A model generated the notes under the pieces. It was not told the origin of the DNA, did not search any database, and saw nothing but the letters and a program-made list of their open reading frames with translations. A DNA stretch of 43,795 nt from an uncultured Bacteroidaceae bacterium (GTDB lineage Bacteria; Bacteroidota; Bacteroidia; Bacteroidales; P3): assembly GCA_964626385.1 (NCBI GenBank), contig CAZVEO010000001.1, forward strand, positions 4,658-48,452. The letters are read 5' to 3'. Shown here in pieces: positions 1-10,073 of this stretch. The position numbers were made by a program, and so were the translations under genes. Positions within the stretch are counted from its first letter, which is position 1. Every line of letters begins with the position of its first letter.

Positions 1-113
1 TTTTTTTGCAACCCGCAAATAACAAACATATAAATAATAGAAAAAGATTATACTTTATCATTTTGCTTGACTCTTTTTTGGCTTGCAAAAATACAAATTT
101 TATAAAAAAAATA

Positions 114-121
114 TAACTTTG
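114..121 (+). promoter_or_regulatory. Candidate Bacteroidota -7 promoter box (TAACTTTG)
   Basis: Exact TAnnTTTG match ending 27 nt upstream of the ATG at 148. Confidence 0.4.
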
Positions 122-147
122 CATAACATAAAAAAACTGAGAATATT

Positions 148-1554
148 ATGACCATACAATTTTTGGGTGCTACAAGAGAAGTAACAGGTAGCAAACATTT
201 GATAACAACCGATATTGGCACAAAAATACTTTTGGATTGCGGTATGTATCAAGGCAAGGGCTTGGAAACTTATAATGATAATATGGACTTAGGTTTTGAA
301 CCAAAGGAAATAGATTATTTGATTCTTTCCCATGCACATATTGACCACTCAGGGCTTATACCTTATATAATAAAGAAAGGGTTTAAAGGCACGGTGCTTT
401 GTACTCCAGCCACAAGGGATTTGTGTGCTATAATGTTGCCTGACTCGGGTAGAATACAAGAGTTGGATACCATAACCTTTAACAAAAAAAGAGAAAAACA
501 GGGCTTGCCTACAATAGAACCTATATATACGGAAGAGGATGCTCGTTTGAGTATGCAATGTTTTGTCAGCATACCATATGATAGAGAAATAAGGTTTGGA
601 GATTTTTCCCTTATGTTTACGGACAATGGGCATATATTAGGTAGCGCAACTTGTAATATTAAACTTTATTCTAAAGACAGAGAAAAACCTATTAGTGTAG
701 CCTTTACAGGAGATATAGGCAGATATGAAGGCAGAATACTTAAAGCACCTCAGCGTTTTCCTCAAGCCGATTATGTTATTATGGAATCCACATACGGGGA
801 TAGACAGCACAAAGCAGTAACTCAGAGCGATGATGATTTGTTGGATGTTGTAAAATATACTTGTGTTCAAAAACGAGGCAAACTTATAATTCCTTCTTTT
901 GCAGTAGGTAGAGCTCAAGAGATAATATTTGCGCTTAACAAACTTTGGGAAGAAGATAGGTTGCCAAACATAGATGTTTATGTGGATAGCCCTTTGAGTG
1001 TGAATGCAACAAATATTTTTAAACTTCATACAGAGTGTTTTAATAGCGAAATGATAGAGTTTATGCGTCAAGACCCCGACCCATTTGGTTTTGATAAATT
1101 AAGATACATACAATCCTCGAAAGAAAGCAAGATGTTAAACTTTTCTATGGAACCATGTATTATTATTTCAGCCTCTGGTATGATGGAGGCAGGTAGAGTT
1201 AAGCACCATATAGCCAACAATATAGAAAAACGTTCTACTACAATACTTGGTGTAGGTTATTGCTCACCTACAACACTTGGTCATCGTATTCTTAGAGGAG
1301 ATAAGAATATTTCTATTTTTGGTATTCCTCACAAAGTAAAAGCCGATATTAGAAAATTGGAATCCTATTCTGCTCATGCCGATTGCAATGAGTTGTTACG
1401 CTTTATTGACCATTTGGACAGAGAAAGAACAAAAAAAATTATTGTGGTACATGGTGAGGCACAGACACAAGATAAGTTTGCAAAAACACTTAAATCAAAT
1501 GGCTTTAAGGATGTGTTTATTCCTCAAAAAAGAGATATTCTAAATATAGAATAG
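148..1554 (+). CDS. MBL-fold metallo-hydrolase of the beta-CASP (RNA-metabolising) family
   Basis: 468 aa. HAHIDHSG (HxHxDH) metallo-beta-lactamase motif near the N-terminus, followed by a long beta-CASP-like extension. No competing long frame. Confidence 0.85.
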   Translation: MTIQFLGATREVTGSKHLITTDIGTKILLDCGMYQGKGLETYNDNMDLGFEPKEIDYLILSHAHIDHSGLIPYIIKKGFKGTVLCTPATRDLCAIMLPDSGRIQELDTITFNKKREKQGLPTIEPIYTEEDARLSMQCFVSIPYDREIRFGDFSLMFTDNGHILGSATCNIKLYSKDREKPISVAFTGDIGRYEGRILKAPQRFPQADYVIMESTYGDRQHKAVTQSDDDLLDVVKYTCVQKRGKLIIPSFAVGRAQEIIFALNKLWEEDRLPNIDVYVDSPLSVNATNIFKLHTECFNSEMIEFMRQDPDPFGFDKLRYIQSSKESKMLNFSMEPCIIISASGMMEAGRVKHHIANNIEKRSTTILGVGYCSPTTLGHRILRGDKNISIFGIPHKVKADIRKLESYSAHADCNELLRFIDHLDRERTKKIIVVHGEAQTQDKFAKTLKSNGFKDVFIPQKRDILNIE

Positions 1555-1636
1555 TGTTGAAAAGAAAAGTTTGGCTGAAATATGGTTTTGTCGTTTTTCG
1601 GTCAAACTTTTCTTGTAGATATATTTTTGAAAAATT

Positions 1637-2140
1637 ATGAAAAGTTTTTTTCCCCTTGTAGTTTGTTGCTTACTCTTTGTATGCTATTGTTATGGGCAGA
1701 ATGATGAGGTTTTGTTTGATAAATACAATAATCAACGTTACAATACTTTTATTTGCGATTTTGATTTTGTAACCACATCTGACAGTAATGCCAAGCAAAA
1801 TCTTTATTCTTTAAAAGTCGATAGTATATATTTGTTTTTCTATGACCCATATTGCGAACATTGTCATAAGGAAATAAAACTTCTGAAAAAAAATAAGCAA
1901 CTAAACAGAGCAATTAAAGACTCCTCACTTGTTATTATAACTATACCGCCGGATATAGATTTTTTAACTTGGCAAAAGCAAGTAAAGAAAATGCCAAAGC
2001 AATGGTTAAATGCTTATTCTTTTGATAATGAAAAAATTATTAAAACTTTGCTTTGGAAAGTCCCGGAACTGTTTGTTTTGGATAGACAAAAAAGAATTAT
2101 ACATATAGATATGTACAGACAAGATTTGGAAGATGAATAA
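1637..2140 (+). CDS. Secreted thioredoxin-fold protein with CxxC motif
   Basis: 167 aa. Signal peptide MKSFFPLVVCCLLFVCYCYG and CEHC redox motif. The stop overlaps the aroQ ATG by 8 nt. Confidence 0.6.
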   Translation: MKSFFPLVVCCLLFVCYCYGQNDEVLFDKYNNQRYNTFICDFDFVTTSDSNAKQNLYSLKVDSIYLFFYDPYCEHCHKEIKLLKKNKQLNRAIKDSSLVIITIPPDIDFLTWQKQVKKMPKQWLNAYSFDNEKIIKTLLWKVPELFVLDRQKRIIHIDMYRQDLEDE

Positions 2141-2552
2141 GATACTTATTATAAACGGAGCAAATCTCAACCTATTGGGAAATAGGGAAAAAGAGATTTA
2201 TGGACAGAAATCTTTTGAAGAATACTTAAAGGAATTGCGAGCAAAATACCCAAAAGTAGAGATATGTTATTTTCAGTCCAATATAGAGGGAGAATTGGTT
2301 AATGCTTTGCAAAACAATAAGGCAGATGGAATTATTCTCAATGCTGGAGGTTACACACACACCTCTGTAGTTATAAGAGATGCTATTTTGGCTATAAATA
2401 CTAATGTTGTTGAAGTGCATATATCAAATATTTCGGCAAGAGAAGGATTTAGACACACCTCTTTACTTACCCCTGTGTGCAGAGGATGTATTATGGGTTT
2501 TGGGTTAGAGAGTTATGAATTGGCACTGAATTTTTTTATCAAATCATTTTAA
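2133..2552 (+). CDS. aroQ: Type II 3-dehydroquinate dehydratase
   Basis: 139 aa. ILIINGANLNLLGNRE..IYG N-terminus and HISNI..REGFRH region are typical of type II dehydroquinase. Confidence 0.9.
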   Translation: MNKILIINGANLNLLGNREKEIYGQKSFEEYLKELRAKYPKVEICYFQSNIEGELVNALQNNKADGIILNAGGYTHTSVVIRDAILAINTNVVEVHISNISAREGFRHTSLLTPVCRGCIMGFGLESYELALNFFIKSF

Positions 2553-2623
2553 GTTTTAAAAAATATATTTTTTCTTTTGTTACCTTTGGAGGCTTTTGTA
2601 AACATTGTTATCAAAAAATTTTA

Positions 2624-2631
2624 TAACTTTG
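2624..2631 (+). promoter_or_regulatory. Candidate -7 promoter box (TAACTTTG) for ffh
   Basis: Exact TAnnTTTG match 36 nt upstream of the ATG at 2667. Confidence 0.4.
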
Positions 2632-2666
2632 CACTTTGAAATCAGAAGAAAATAAGAGCAGAAACA

Positions 2667-4004
2667 ATGTTTGAAAATCTATCCGAAAAACTTGATAGAG
2701 CCTTTAAAATCATAAAAGGCAAGGGTAAAATCACAGAGATAAATATCTCTGAGAGTATGAAGGAGGTGCGCAAAGCACTAATAGATGCAGATGTAAGTTA
2801 TTCCATAGCAAAAGAATTTTGCGACAAAGTTAAGCAAAAAGCACTTGGTCAAAATGTCCTTACCAACATAGACCCGGGACAGATGATGGTAAAAATGGTG
2901 CATGATGAATTAGTTACCTTAATGGGAGAAAGCACCGAAGAAATCAACCTAAAAGCCAAACCTTCAATTATTCTTATAGCAGGTTTGCAAGGTAGTGGTA
3001 AAACAACTTTTTCTGCTAAATTAGCCTCTTATTTAAAAAAGAAAAAGAATAAAAAGGTATTGGTTATAGCAGCAGATGTTTATAGGCCTGCTGCTATCAA
3101 TCAATTGCAAGTCCTTTGCGAACAAATAAACGTATCGGTTTTTACAGAAGAGGGAAATAACAACCCTGTGGATTTGGCTCAAAAGGGTATAAAACAAGCC
3201 AAACAAGAGGGAATAGATGCAGTAATAATAGATACAGCAGGACGTTTGGCAGTGGATGAGCAAATGATGAATGAGATTGCCAACATTAAACAAGCCGTTG
3301 TGCCAACGGAAACTCTTTTTGTCGTAGATTCTATGACGGGACAAGACGCTGTCAATACAGCAAAGGCTTTTTATGACAGGTTAGACTATGATGGAGTTGT
3401 GCTTACCAAACTTGATGGAGATACTCGCGGTGGTGCTGCTTTGACTATTAGACATGTGGTCAACAAACCCATTAAATTTATTTCCATAGGAGAAAAATTG
3501 GATGCCTTAGATGTTTTTCACCCAGACCGTATGGCTAACCGTATACTTGGTATGGGAGATATTGTTTCTCTTGTAGAAAAAGCTCAGGAGCAATATGACG
3601 AACAAGAAGCAAGAAAACTTTCCAAAAAGATACGTAGCAATACTTTTGATTTCAATGATTTCCTTTCTCAGATACAGCAAATCAAAAAAATGGGTAACCT
3701 TAAAGATTTGATGGGTATGATACCAGGAGTGGGTAAAATGATGAAAGATGTGGACATTAAGGACGATGCTTTTAAGAGTATAGAAGCTATAATAGGCAGT
3801 ATGACTCCACAAGAAAGAACTCACCCTAATATTATAGATGTTTCCCGTAAGCAAAGAATAGCTAAAGGTAGTGGCACAAAGATAGAGGAAGTCAATAGAT
3901 TGTTGAAACAATTTGAGCAAACAAGAAAAATGATGCAAAGCATAAGTAGTGGAGGTAAAATGAATAAACTTGCTGCTATGCGTAACATTAGAAAAAGAAG
4001 ATAA
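2667..4004 (+). CDS. ffh: Signal recognition particle protein Ffh
   Basis: 445 aa. GLQGSGKTT P-loop, DTAGR and TKLDGD GTPase motifs, and a Met-rich M domain (MGNLKDLMGMIPGVGKMM). Confidence 0.95.
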   Translation: MFENLSEKLDRAFKIIKGKGKITEINISESMKEVRKALIDADVSYSIAKEFCDKVKQKALGQNVLTNIDPGQMMVKMVHDELVTLMGESTEEINLKAKPSIILIAGLQGSGKTTFSAKLASYLKKKKNKKVLVIAADVYRPAAINQLQVLCEQINVSVFTEEGNNNPVDLAQKGIKQAKQEGIDAVIIDTAGRLAVDEQMMNEIANIKQAVVPTETLFVVDSMTGQDAVNTAKAFYDRLDYDGVVLTKLDGDTRGGAALTIRHVVNKPIKFISIGEKLDALDVFHPDRMANRILGMGDIVSLVEKAQEQYDEQEARKLSKKIRSNTFDFNDFLSQIQQIKKMGNLKDLMGMIPGVGKMMKDVDIKDDAFKSIEAIIGSMTPQERTHPNIIDVSRKQRIAKGSGTKIEEVNRLLKQFEQTRKMMQSISSGGKMNKLAAMRNIRKRR

Positions 4005-4035
4005 AATAAAACATATAAAACAATAGTCTTAAATT

Positions 4036-4929
4036 ATGGAGCAAGAGAAGAAAGCACCTATTCTTATAGATGGCAAAGAAATAGCTTCCACTATTAAGGA
4101 GGAAATAAAAAAGGAGGTTGCAGATATATTGGACAAAGGGCTTAGACCACCTCATTTGGTTGCTGTTTTGGTTGGTGAAGATGGAGCAAGTCTTTCCTAT
4201 GTTAAAAGCAAAGAAAAGCAAAGCCAAGAAGTCGGTTTTACTTCTTCTGTGTATAGATTTCCAGTTACCATAACAGAGGAAGAACTTTTGCAAACCATAG
4301 ATTTCCTTAATAAGGATGAAGAGGTAGATGGTTATATAGTGCAAATGCCACTACCGAAACACATAGACGAAAAAAAAGTGATAGCACACATAGACCCAAG
4401 GAAAGATGTTGATGGTTTTCACCCTATCAATGCGGGTAGAATGTTGCTATCCTTACCAAGTTATTTGCCTGCTACACCTTGCGGTATAGTTACATTGTTG
4501 GAAAGAGCAAATATAGAGACAGAAGGTAAAAATTGTGTCGTTTTGGGTAGGAGCGATATTGTTGGTACTCCTATGGCTGTGCTTATGTCAAGAAAAGGAA
4601 AAGATTGCACGGTTACTCTATGTCATTCCAAAACAAAAAACCTTAAGGAGATTTGTCTTCAAGCCGATATAATTATAGCAGCCATAGGCAAACCTGCTTT
4701 TCTCAAAGAAGATATGGTAAAAGAGGGTGCGGTTGTGATAGACGTAGGTATACACAGAATTGAGGATAATAGTGAAAAGGGGTATTATGTTACTGGTGAT
4801 GTAGACTTTAATCAAGTAGCAAAAAAATGCTCTTACATTACACCTGTTCCAGGAGGTGTGGGACCTATGACAATAGTTTCGCTTTTGTCCAATACCCTAA
4901 AAGCATATAAAAAAGAAATATACGAATAA
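4036..4929 (+). CDS. folD: Bifunctional methylenetetrahydrofolate dehydrogenase/methenyl-THF cyclohydrolase
   Basis: 297 aa. [10 protein letters not shown]-terminus plus [11 protein letters not shown] and [10 protein letters not shown] motifs. Confidence 0.95.
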   Translation: MEQEKKAPILIDGKEIASTIKEEIKKEVADILDKGLRPPHLVAVLVGEDGASLSYVKSKEKQSQEVGFTSSVYRFPVTITEEELLQTIDFLNKDEEVDGYIVQMPLPKHIDEKKVIAHIDPRKDVDGFHPINAGRMLLSLPSYLPATPCGIVTLLERANIETEGKNCVVLGRSDIVGTPMAVLMSRKGKDCTVTLCHSKTKNLKEICLQADIIIAAIGKPAFLKEDMVKEGAVVIDVGIHRIEDNSEKGYYVTGDVDFNQVAKKCSYITPVPGGVGPMTIVSLLSNTLKAYKKEIYE

Positions 4930-5000
4930 TAGATATTTGTTTTACAGTATTTCTTAATCTTTGTTATAATATTAAAGAAATGCTGTAATATTTTTTTCTT

Positions 5001-6152
5001 ATGAAAAACACACCCAAACATATAGCCTTACTTGGTTCTACTGGTTCTATAGGTAGACAAACTCTTGATATAATTAGAAATAACAAAGATTTGTTTGTAG
5101 TAGAGGTTTTGACTGCTGGTTCTAATGCAGAGTTGTTGATAAAACAGGCTTTGGAATTTCAACCTAATGCAGTGGTTATAGCAGATAAAAACAAATACAG
5201 CAAGGTAAAACAAGCCTTACAAAATACATATATAAAAGTCTTTGCAGGAGAAGAATCAATAGTAGATGTAGTAAAGTTTGATGAGATAGATTTGGTTTTG
5301 ACGGCTTTGGTTGGTTTTGCTGGTCTTGCTCCAACAATTTCTGCTATAGAGGAGGGAAAAACCATAGCCTTAGCTAATAAGGAAACTATGGTTGTGGCTG
5401 GTGAGTTGATAACTCGTTTGGCAGAGAGAAATAGAGTAGGAATTATTCCTGTAGATAGCGAACATTCGGCTATATTTCAATGCTTGCAAGGGGAGTATCA
5501 AAACCCTATAAAAAAAATATTACTTACTGCTTCGGGTGGTATTTTTAGAGGAAAGACAGTGGCGGAATTAAAAGAGGTTACAATAGAGCAAGCACTTAAA
5601 AACCCTAATTGGTCTATGGGTAAAAAAGTTACCATAGATAGTGCTACTCTTATGAATAAGGGATTGGAAATGATAGAGGCAAAGTGGCTTTTCAACATAG
5701 AGGCAAAAAATATTATTCCTGTTATTCACCCGCAAAGTATAATACACTCTATGGTGGAGTTTGAGGACGGAAGCATAAAGGCACAAATGTCTTGTCCCGA
5801 TATGCACCTGCCTATAGCTTACGCCTTGAATTTTCCTTTTCGTTTAAAAACGTCACTTGTTGAAACTGATTTTTTTAAATTACAAAATCTAACCTTTGAA
5901 CAACCAGATAGAAAGACTTTTCCTTGTTTGGATTTGGCTTTCTGTGCAATAGAAAAGGGAGGCAATATGCCTTGCATAATGAATGCTGCTAACGAAATAG
6001 CAGTAGAAAAGTTTTTGAAAAAAGAAATATCTTTCCTTGATATTCCAAAAATAATAGAAAAGGCTATGCAAAAATACTCATTTATTGCCAAACCGACATT
6101 GGAAGATTATTTGCTAACCGATAAAGAAGTAAAACAAAGTCTACAGTTTTAA
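5001..6152 (+). CDS. dxr: 1-deoxy-D-xylulose 5-phosphate reductoisomerase
   Basis: 383 aa. LGSTGSIGRQTLD NADPH-binding N-terminus plus PVDSEHSAIFQC and NKGLEMIEA motifs. Confidence 0.95.
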   Translation: MKNTPKHIALLGSTGSIGRQTLDIIRNNKDLFVVEVLTAGSNAELLIKQALEFQPNAVVIADKNKYSKVKQALQNTYIKVFAGEESIVDVVKFDEIDLVLTALVGFAGLAPTISAIEEGKTIALANKETMVVAGELITRLAERNRVGIIPVDSEHSAIFQCLQGEYQNPIKKILLTASGGIFRGKTVAELKEVTIEQALKNPNWSMGKKVTIDSATLMNKGLEMIEAKWLFNIEAKNIIPVIHPQSIIHSMVEFEDGSIKAQMSCPDMHLPIAYALNFPFRLKTSLVETDFFKLQNLTFEQPDRKTFPCLDLAFCAIEKGGNMPCIMNAANEIAVEKFLKKEISFLDIPKIIEKAMQKYSFIAKPTLEDYLLTDKEVKQSLQF

Positions 6153-6234
6153 TTTTTTTATACACCACTAAACAGCACAACCATATTTGCAAGTATTTTT
6201 CTTGTTAGAGTAGGTAAGAGTAAAGAAAAATTAC

Positions 6235-6945
6235 TTATTGTTTTATTGATTTTACTTCTATATATGGAGCGAGTTTTTGAAATGTCTTTTCGTCCATAAT
6301 ATGAACTTTTCTAATCTCTTCTATAGTAGAGAAATTGCCATATTGTTTCCTAAATTCTATTATTGCCTTTGCTAAATAATAATCTATATAAGGGTGATAG
6401 TAAAGGTTTTTAATGTTATCGGTATTGATATCTATTTTTCTCAAATTAGTATCTTTAAGAATTATTTGCGGAGAGATTTTTTCAAAAATAGTGTCATTTA
6501 TTCCTTTTACTTCTTTTAGTTGTTCTTTGCTATAATAACCTCCGAGTCTTTTGCCATAGTTGTATATTCTTTTTGCAAAAACTTTTCCTACACCTTTTAT
6601 CAACTGCAAATCCAAAGTATCAGCAGTGTTGAGGTCAATAATAAAAGTTTTCTTCTCAAAAGTTTTGTTGTGTTGTTTTTCAGTCGTATTGACTTTTTCG
6701 TTATAGGGCGGAGAAGTGTATTGATTTTGTTTGCCTTTACGAAAATAGACTTTTGAAGTTTTTATTTTACTGTCTGTTTCTTTGACTTTGGTATTTGATT
6801 GTTTTGAATATTTTTGTTTGCTTTCTTTGTTTGTAGAAAGAACTGTTATATTATTTCCTTTAAAAACTATAAAAAGCAAAATCAACACCATTCCTGTCAA
6901 TATACCAATAAGGAACATCAAACCTGTTTTGTGTTGATTTTGCAT
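6235..6945 (-). CDS. ComEA-like helix-hairpin-helix DNA-binding membrane protein
   Basis: 236 aa. N-terminal TM helix, a K/T/N-rich linker, then two HhH units (LIKGVGKVFAKRI and EQLKEVKGIN). Confidence 0.7.
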   Translation of the reverse strand: MQNQHKTGLMFLIGILTGMVLILLFIVFKGNNITVLSTNKESKQKYSKQSNTKVKETDSKIKTSKVYFRKGKQNQYTSPPYNEKVNTTEKQHNKTFEKKTFIIDLNTADTLDLQLIKGVGKVFAKRIYNYGKRLGGYYSKEQLKEVKGINDTIFEKISPQIILKDTNLRKIDINTDNIKNLYYHPYIDYYLAKAIIEFRKQYGNFSTIEEIRKVHIMDEKTFQKLAPYIEVKSIKQ

Positions 6946-7007
6946 GATAAAAGAAAAGTGTAAAATTTTACCCTAATAACGTTAAAGTAAAATACTTATT
7001 GTTTTAT

Positions 7008-7895
7008 TTATTGTAAATTGTTTTCTTTATATTGTTTGATAAAAGTATATAATTTCAACATATCCAAACATTTGATATTGGGGTGATTGCTGTGTAGATT
7101 TAGAATAATTATTTGTTTTATCATAGCAAAACAAAGAGAAAAGATTTTTGTGCAATGCAATTTTTCTAATCTTTTATAGGCTTTAACCAAAGTAACATTT
7201 TCCAAAAAAGGTCTGTACAATTCTTGTTTATATAGTAAAGCAAGATTTTTTGAAGCACTGATGGTGTCCAAAATAAATTTATCAGTGTCTTTCAATCCCA
7301 AATGCTCTACCGGGTTGTCTATATAACAAATTTTGTAATCATTTTGTTTTAACTCTTCCCCCAAAAGAGTATCCTCATGTCCATAGCCTTTGATTTTTTC
7401 ATTAAACTGTATTTTTTCAAAAGCCTCTTTTTTTATTAGAAAATTATTTGTTGTAAAGTGTTTTTTACCTTCTTCTTTTTGTTTACCACAGGTCCAATGC
7501 AATAATTTTTCTTTGTCAATACGCTGCTTCTTATTGCAATATATTGTCCCTCCGCAAACAACATCATAATTTTGACCAAATTGCAAATATTTATAAAGAA
7601 AATCTTTTTTTACTATACCGCTATCGCAATCCAAAAACAAAAGAAAATCTCCTTTTGCTTTTTTTGCAAGAAGATTCCTGATTTTGGAACGTCCTATATT
7701 ATGTTTAATCTCTATATAATTGATGCCCGTTGTTAAAAAAAAATCTTTATTACTCCTGCTTATTTCTTGGTTTGTAGAGCAATCATCGGCAAGGATAATC
7801 TCATATTTTGTTGGCAAATTTTCGCATTGTTGCAACAAACTTTCGGCAAGACTTTTTGCATCATAATTATATATGGGTATGAGTATTGAAAGCAT
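7008..7895 (-). CDS. Family 2 glycosyltransferase
   Basis: 295 aa. LSILIPIYN...ILADDCS and a later LDCD motif are typical of GT-A family 2 enzymes. Confidence 0.8.
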   Translation of the reverse strand: MLSILIPIYNYDAKSLAESLLQQCENLPTKYEIILADDCSTNQEISRSNKDFFLTTGINYIEIKHNIGRSKIRNLLAKKAKGDFLLFLDCDSGIVKKDFLYKYLQFGQNYDVVCGGTIYCNKKQRIDKEKLLHWTCGKQKEEGKKHFTTNNFLIKKEAFEKIQFNEKIKGYGHEDTLLGEELKQNDYKICYIDNPVEHLGLKDTDKFILDTISASKNLALLYKQELYRPFLENVTLVKAYKRLEKLHCTKIFSLCFAMIKQIIILNLHSNHPNIKCLDMLKLYTFIKQYKENNLQ

Positions 7896-7918
7896 ACTTT
7901 TGTTATACCATTACTATT

Positions 7919-7962
7919 AAAAAAAAGGTTCTTTAAAGAAGAATAAACTACTTTAAAGAACC
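7919..7962 (-). terminator. Intrinsic terminator downstream of aspA
   Basis: Perfect 12-bp stem (7927-7938 ggttctttaaag / 7951-7962 ctttaaagaacc). On the minus strand it is followed by a U8 run (A8 at 7919-7926 on plus). Confidence 0.7.
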
Positions 7963-8011
7963 CGACATGATGATTAATTAACTATTAAAAAATTAAAACT
8001 TATGAATAAAA

Positions 8012-9472
8012 TTAAAGTTTAGCAAGTATGCCTTCCAATTTTTCCATTATTTTATCTTGGTCAGCTTTAATAGGAAGATTTACAGGTTTTATCATATTCT
8101 CAGGGGCGAAGATAGTATCCAAATCTTCTTTTGAAAGAATATTGTTTTCCAATGCTATTTCATAAACACCTTTACCTGTTTTCTTTGCTATTTTAGCAAT
8201 TCTTGTAGAATTTTTGTAACCAATATAAGGGTTCAAAGCGGTAACAGTACCTATAGCCTTAGCAATAAAGTTTCTGCAATTTTCCTCATCTGCCTCTATG
8301 CCGTCTATACAAAGAGTTCTAAGAGTATCAAAACCATTTGTCAACAAGTTGATAGACTCAAACAAGCAATAAACAGCAACTGGTTCCATAACGTTAAGTT
8401 CCAATTGTGCGTTCTCACTTGCCAACATAACGGCGGTGTCATTACCTATTACTTTGTAGCAAAGTTGGTTCATAACCTCTGGTATAACAGGGTTAACTTT
8501 GCCTGGCATAATAGAAGAACCTGGTTGCATTTCTGGCAAATGTATTTCTGCCAAACCACATCTTGGACCGCTACCCATCAAACGCAAGTCGTTGCATATT
8601 TTTATTGCTCTAAGAGCAGTACGTTTCAATTCGCTGGACAAACCAACCAAAGCAGAAGTATCTGGAGTAGCCTCTATTAAGTTTTCAGCCAAAGTAACAT
8701 CCCAACCAGTGATATCTCTAAGAGCCTTAATACATAATTCTGAATAGCCCGGCTCTGCACAAATTCCTGTACCTATTGCAGTGGCACCCATATTAACCTC
8801 AAGCAAATGTTTTCTTACAGCCTCTACATCTTTTGCAGCTTTTCTCATCATAGTTGCAAATGCTCCAAAACTTTGTCCCAAAGTCATAGGAACACCGTCT
8901 TGCAACTGAGTTCTACCCATCTTAACGATGTTTTTGAACTCATCAGCTTTCTTTTCCAAAGAAGCAGCACAATCGTTGATTGCTTTTATCAATTTCTCAG
9001 TCTCCAAATATAAACCAAAGTGGAAACCTGTTGGATAAGCATCATTAGTAGATTGAGAAGCGTTAGAATGGTCGTTAGGTGAACAATATTTATACTCTCC
9101 TGGTTTGTGTCCCATTATTTGCAATGCACGGTTAGCAATAACTTCATTGGCATTCATATTAACCGTTGTACCTGCTCCACCTTGTATCATATCGCTAAGG
9201 AAGTATTGGTCAAGTTTGCCTTCTTTCATTTCTTCGCAAGCCTGAACCATAGCCTTAAATTGCTCATCAGTCAATTTGCCTTGTGCGTGATTTGCTATTG
9301 CTGCTCCGTGTTTGGTGATAGCAAAACCTTTAATAAAATTAGGATAGGCATTCATAGGAACACCAGAAATTTTAAAATTGTTGAATCCTCTAAGAGATTG
9401 TACTCCATACAATGCATCTACAGGCACATTAAGTTCGCCTATTAAATCGCTTTCTTTTCTAAAATCTGCCAT
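8012..9472 (-). CDS. aspA: Aspartate ammonia-lyase
   Basis: 486 aa. Fumarase/aspartase superfamily signature loop GSSIMPGKVNP. Overall length and N-terminus fit aspartase. Confidence 0.9.
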   Translation of the reverse strand: MADFRKESDLIGELNVPVDALYGVQSLRGFNNFKISGVPMNAYPNFIKGFAITKHGAAIANHAQGKLTDEQFKAMVQACEEMKEGKLDQYFLSDMIQGGAGTTVNMNANEVIANRALQIMGHKPGEYKYCSPNDHSNASQSTNDAYPTGFHFGLYLETEKLIKAINDCAASLEKKADEFKNIVKMGRTQLQDGVPMTLGQSFGAFATMMRKAAKDVEAVRKHLLEVNMGATAIGTGICAEPGYSELCIKALRDITGWDVTLAENLIEATPDTSALVGLSSELKRTALRAIKICNDLRLMGSGPRCGLAEIHLPEMQPGSSIMPGKVNPVIPEVMNQLCYKVIGNDTAVMLASENAQLELNVMEPVAVYCLFESINLLTNGFDTLRTLCIDGIEADEENCRNFIAKAIGTVTALNPYIGYKNSTRIAKIAKKTGKGVYEIALENNILSKEDLDTIFAPENMIKPVNLPIKADQDKIMEKLEGILAKL

Positions 9473-9570
9473 ATTACGTAATAGATTTTTTATATATTTT
9501 GTTATACATTATTTAAATAATATAAGTAACTTATTTTTTATTTATTTATTGTATAAAGTAGCAAAAAAAA

Positions 9571-9822
9571 ACACCCGCGGGGTGTTTTATATGGCAAAAC
9601 CCTTACTTTTTTTTGCATAGGTTGTTATAGGTTAGCATAAGTTGAGATGGGGCACAGCCGTTAAAAAAAAACACATACGCTTAAGCGTCTTATAAAACAC
9701 CCTATGGGTACAGGCACCGCCTGTTTTATAAGACGCAAACCTTTAGCTTCAGGCTTATTTTAATGGCTCTGCCCGTATAGAACAGCCTCAGGCTGTAACC
9801 CATGCTAACCTATAAAAAAAAC
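9571..9822. repeat. Mosaic of short GC-rich palindromic words; forms a three-tier nested inverted repeat
   Basis: Nested arms: 9626-9638/9802-9814 (13 bp perfect), 9650-9663/9761-9774 (12 Watson-Crick pairs, one G-T wobble and one mismatch over 14 positions) and 9685-9699/9722-9736 (15 bp perfect). Words such as caccc-NNN-gggtg, cagcc-tca-ggctg and ttttataag recur at other loci. Confidence 0.8.
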
Positions 9823-9909
9823 AAAAAAACGAAAAAGAAACAACAAAAGAAAAAACAAAAAAACGGTTTACTGGAAATCAATAAGTTACAAATAAAAATT
9901 GTGCACGCG

Positions 9910-9941
9910 TTTGGTCAGGTCAAAAAATGTTCGTAACTTTG
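9910..9941 (+). promoter_or_regulatory. Strong candidate Bacteroidota promoter inside twin element A (-33 TTTG, -7 TAACTTTG)
   Basis: TTTG at 9910-9913 and TAACTTTG at 9934-9941, 20 nt apart. The whole block is conserved with copy B except one base. Confidence 0.5.
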
Positions 9942-9947
9942 TAAGAG

Positions 9948-10073
9948 AAAAAGATACCTACCACAAAATTAACGATTTTTAGTCTTATAACTACTTGATA
10001 ATCAATAAAAACGAATCTTCGTTTCATTTTATCGAAACGAAGATTCGTCGAAATGAAACGAAGATTCATTTTT
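9948..10073 (+). ncRNA. Hypothetical ~125-nt small RNA from the element promoter to a hairpin plus U5
   Basis: Predicted start a few nt after the -7 box. The 3' end is set by the 10011-10025 arm paired to 10055-10068, followed by TTTTT (10069-10073). No conserved ORF. Confidence 0.25.
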
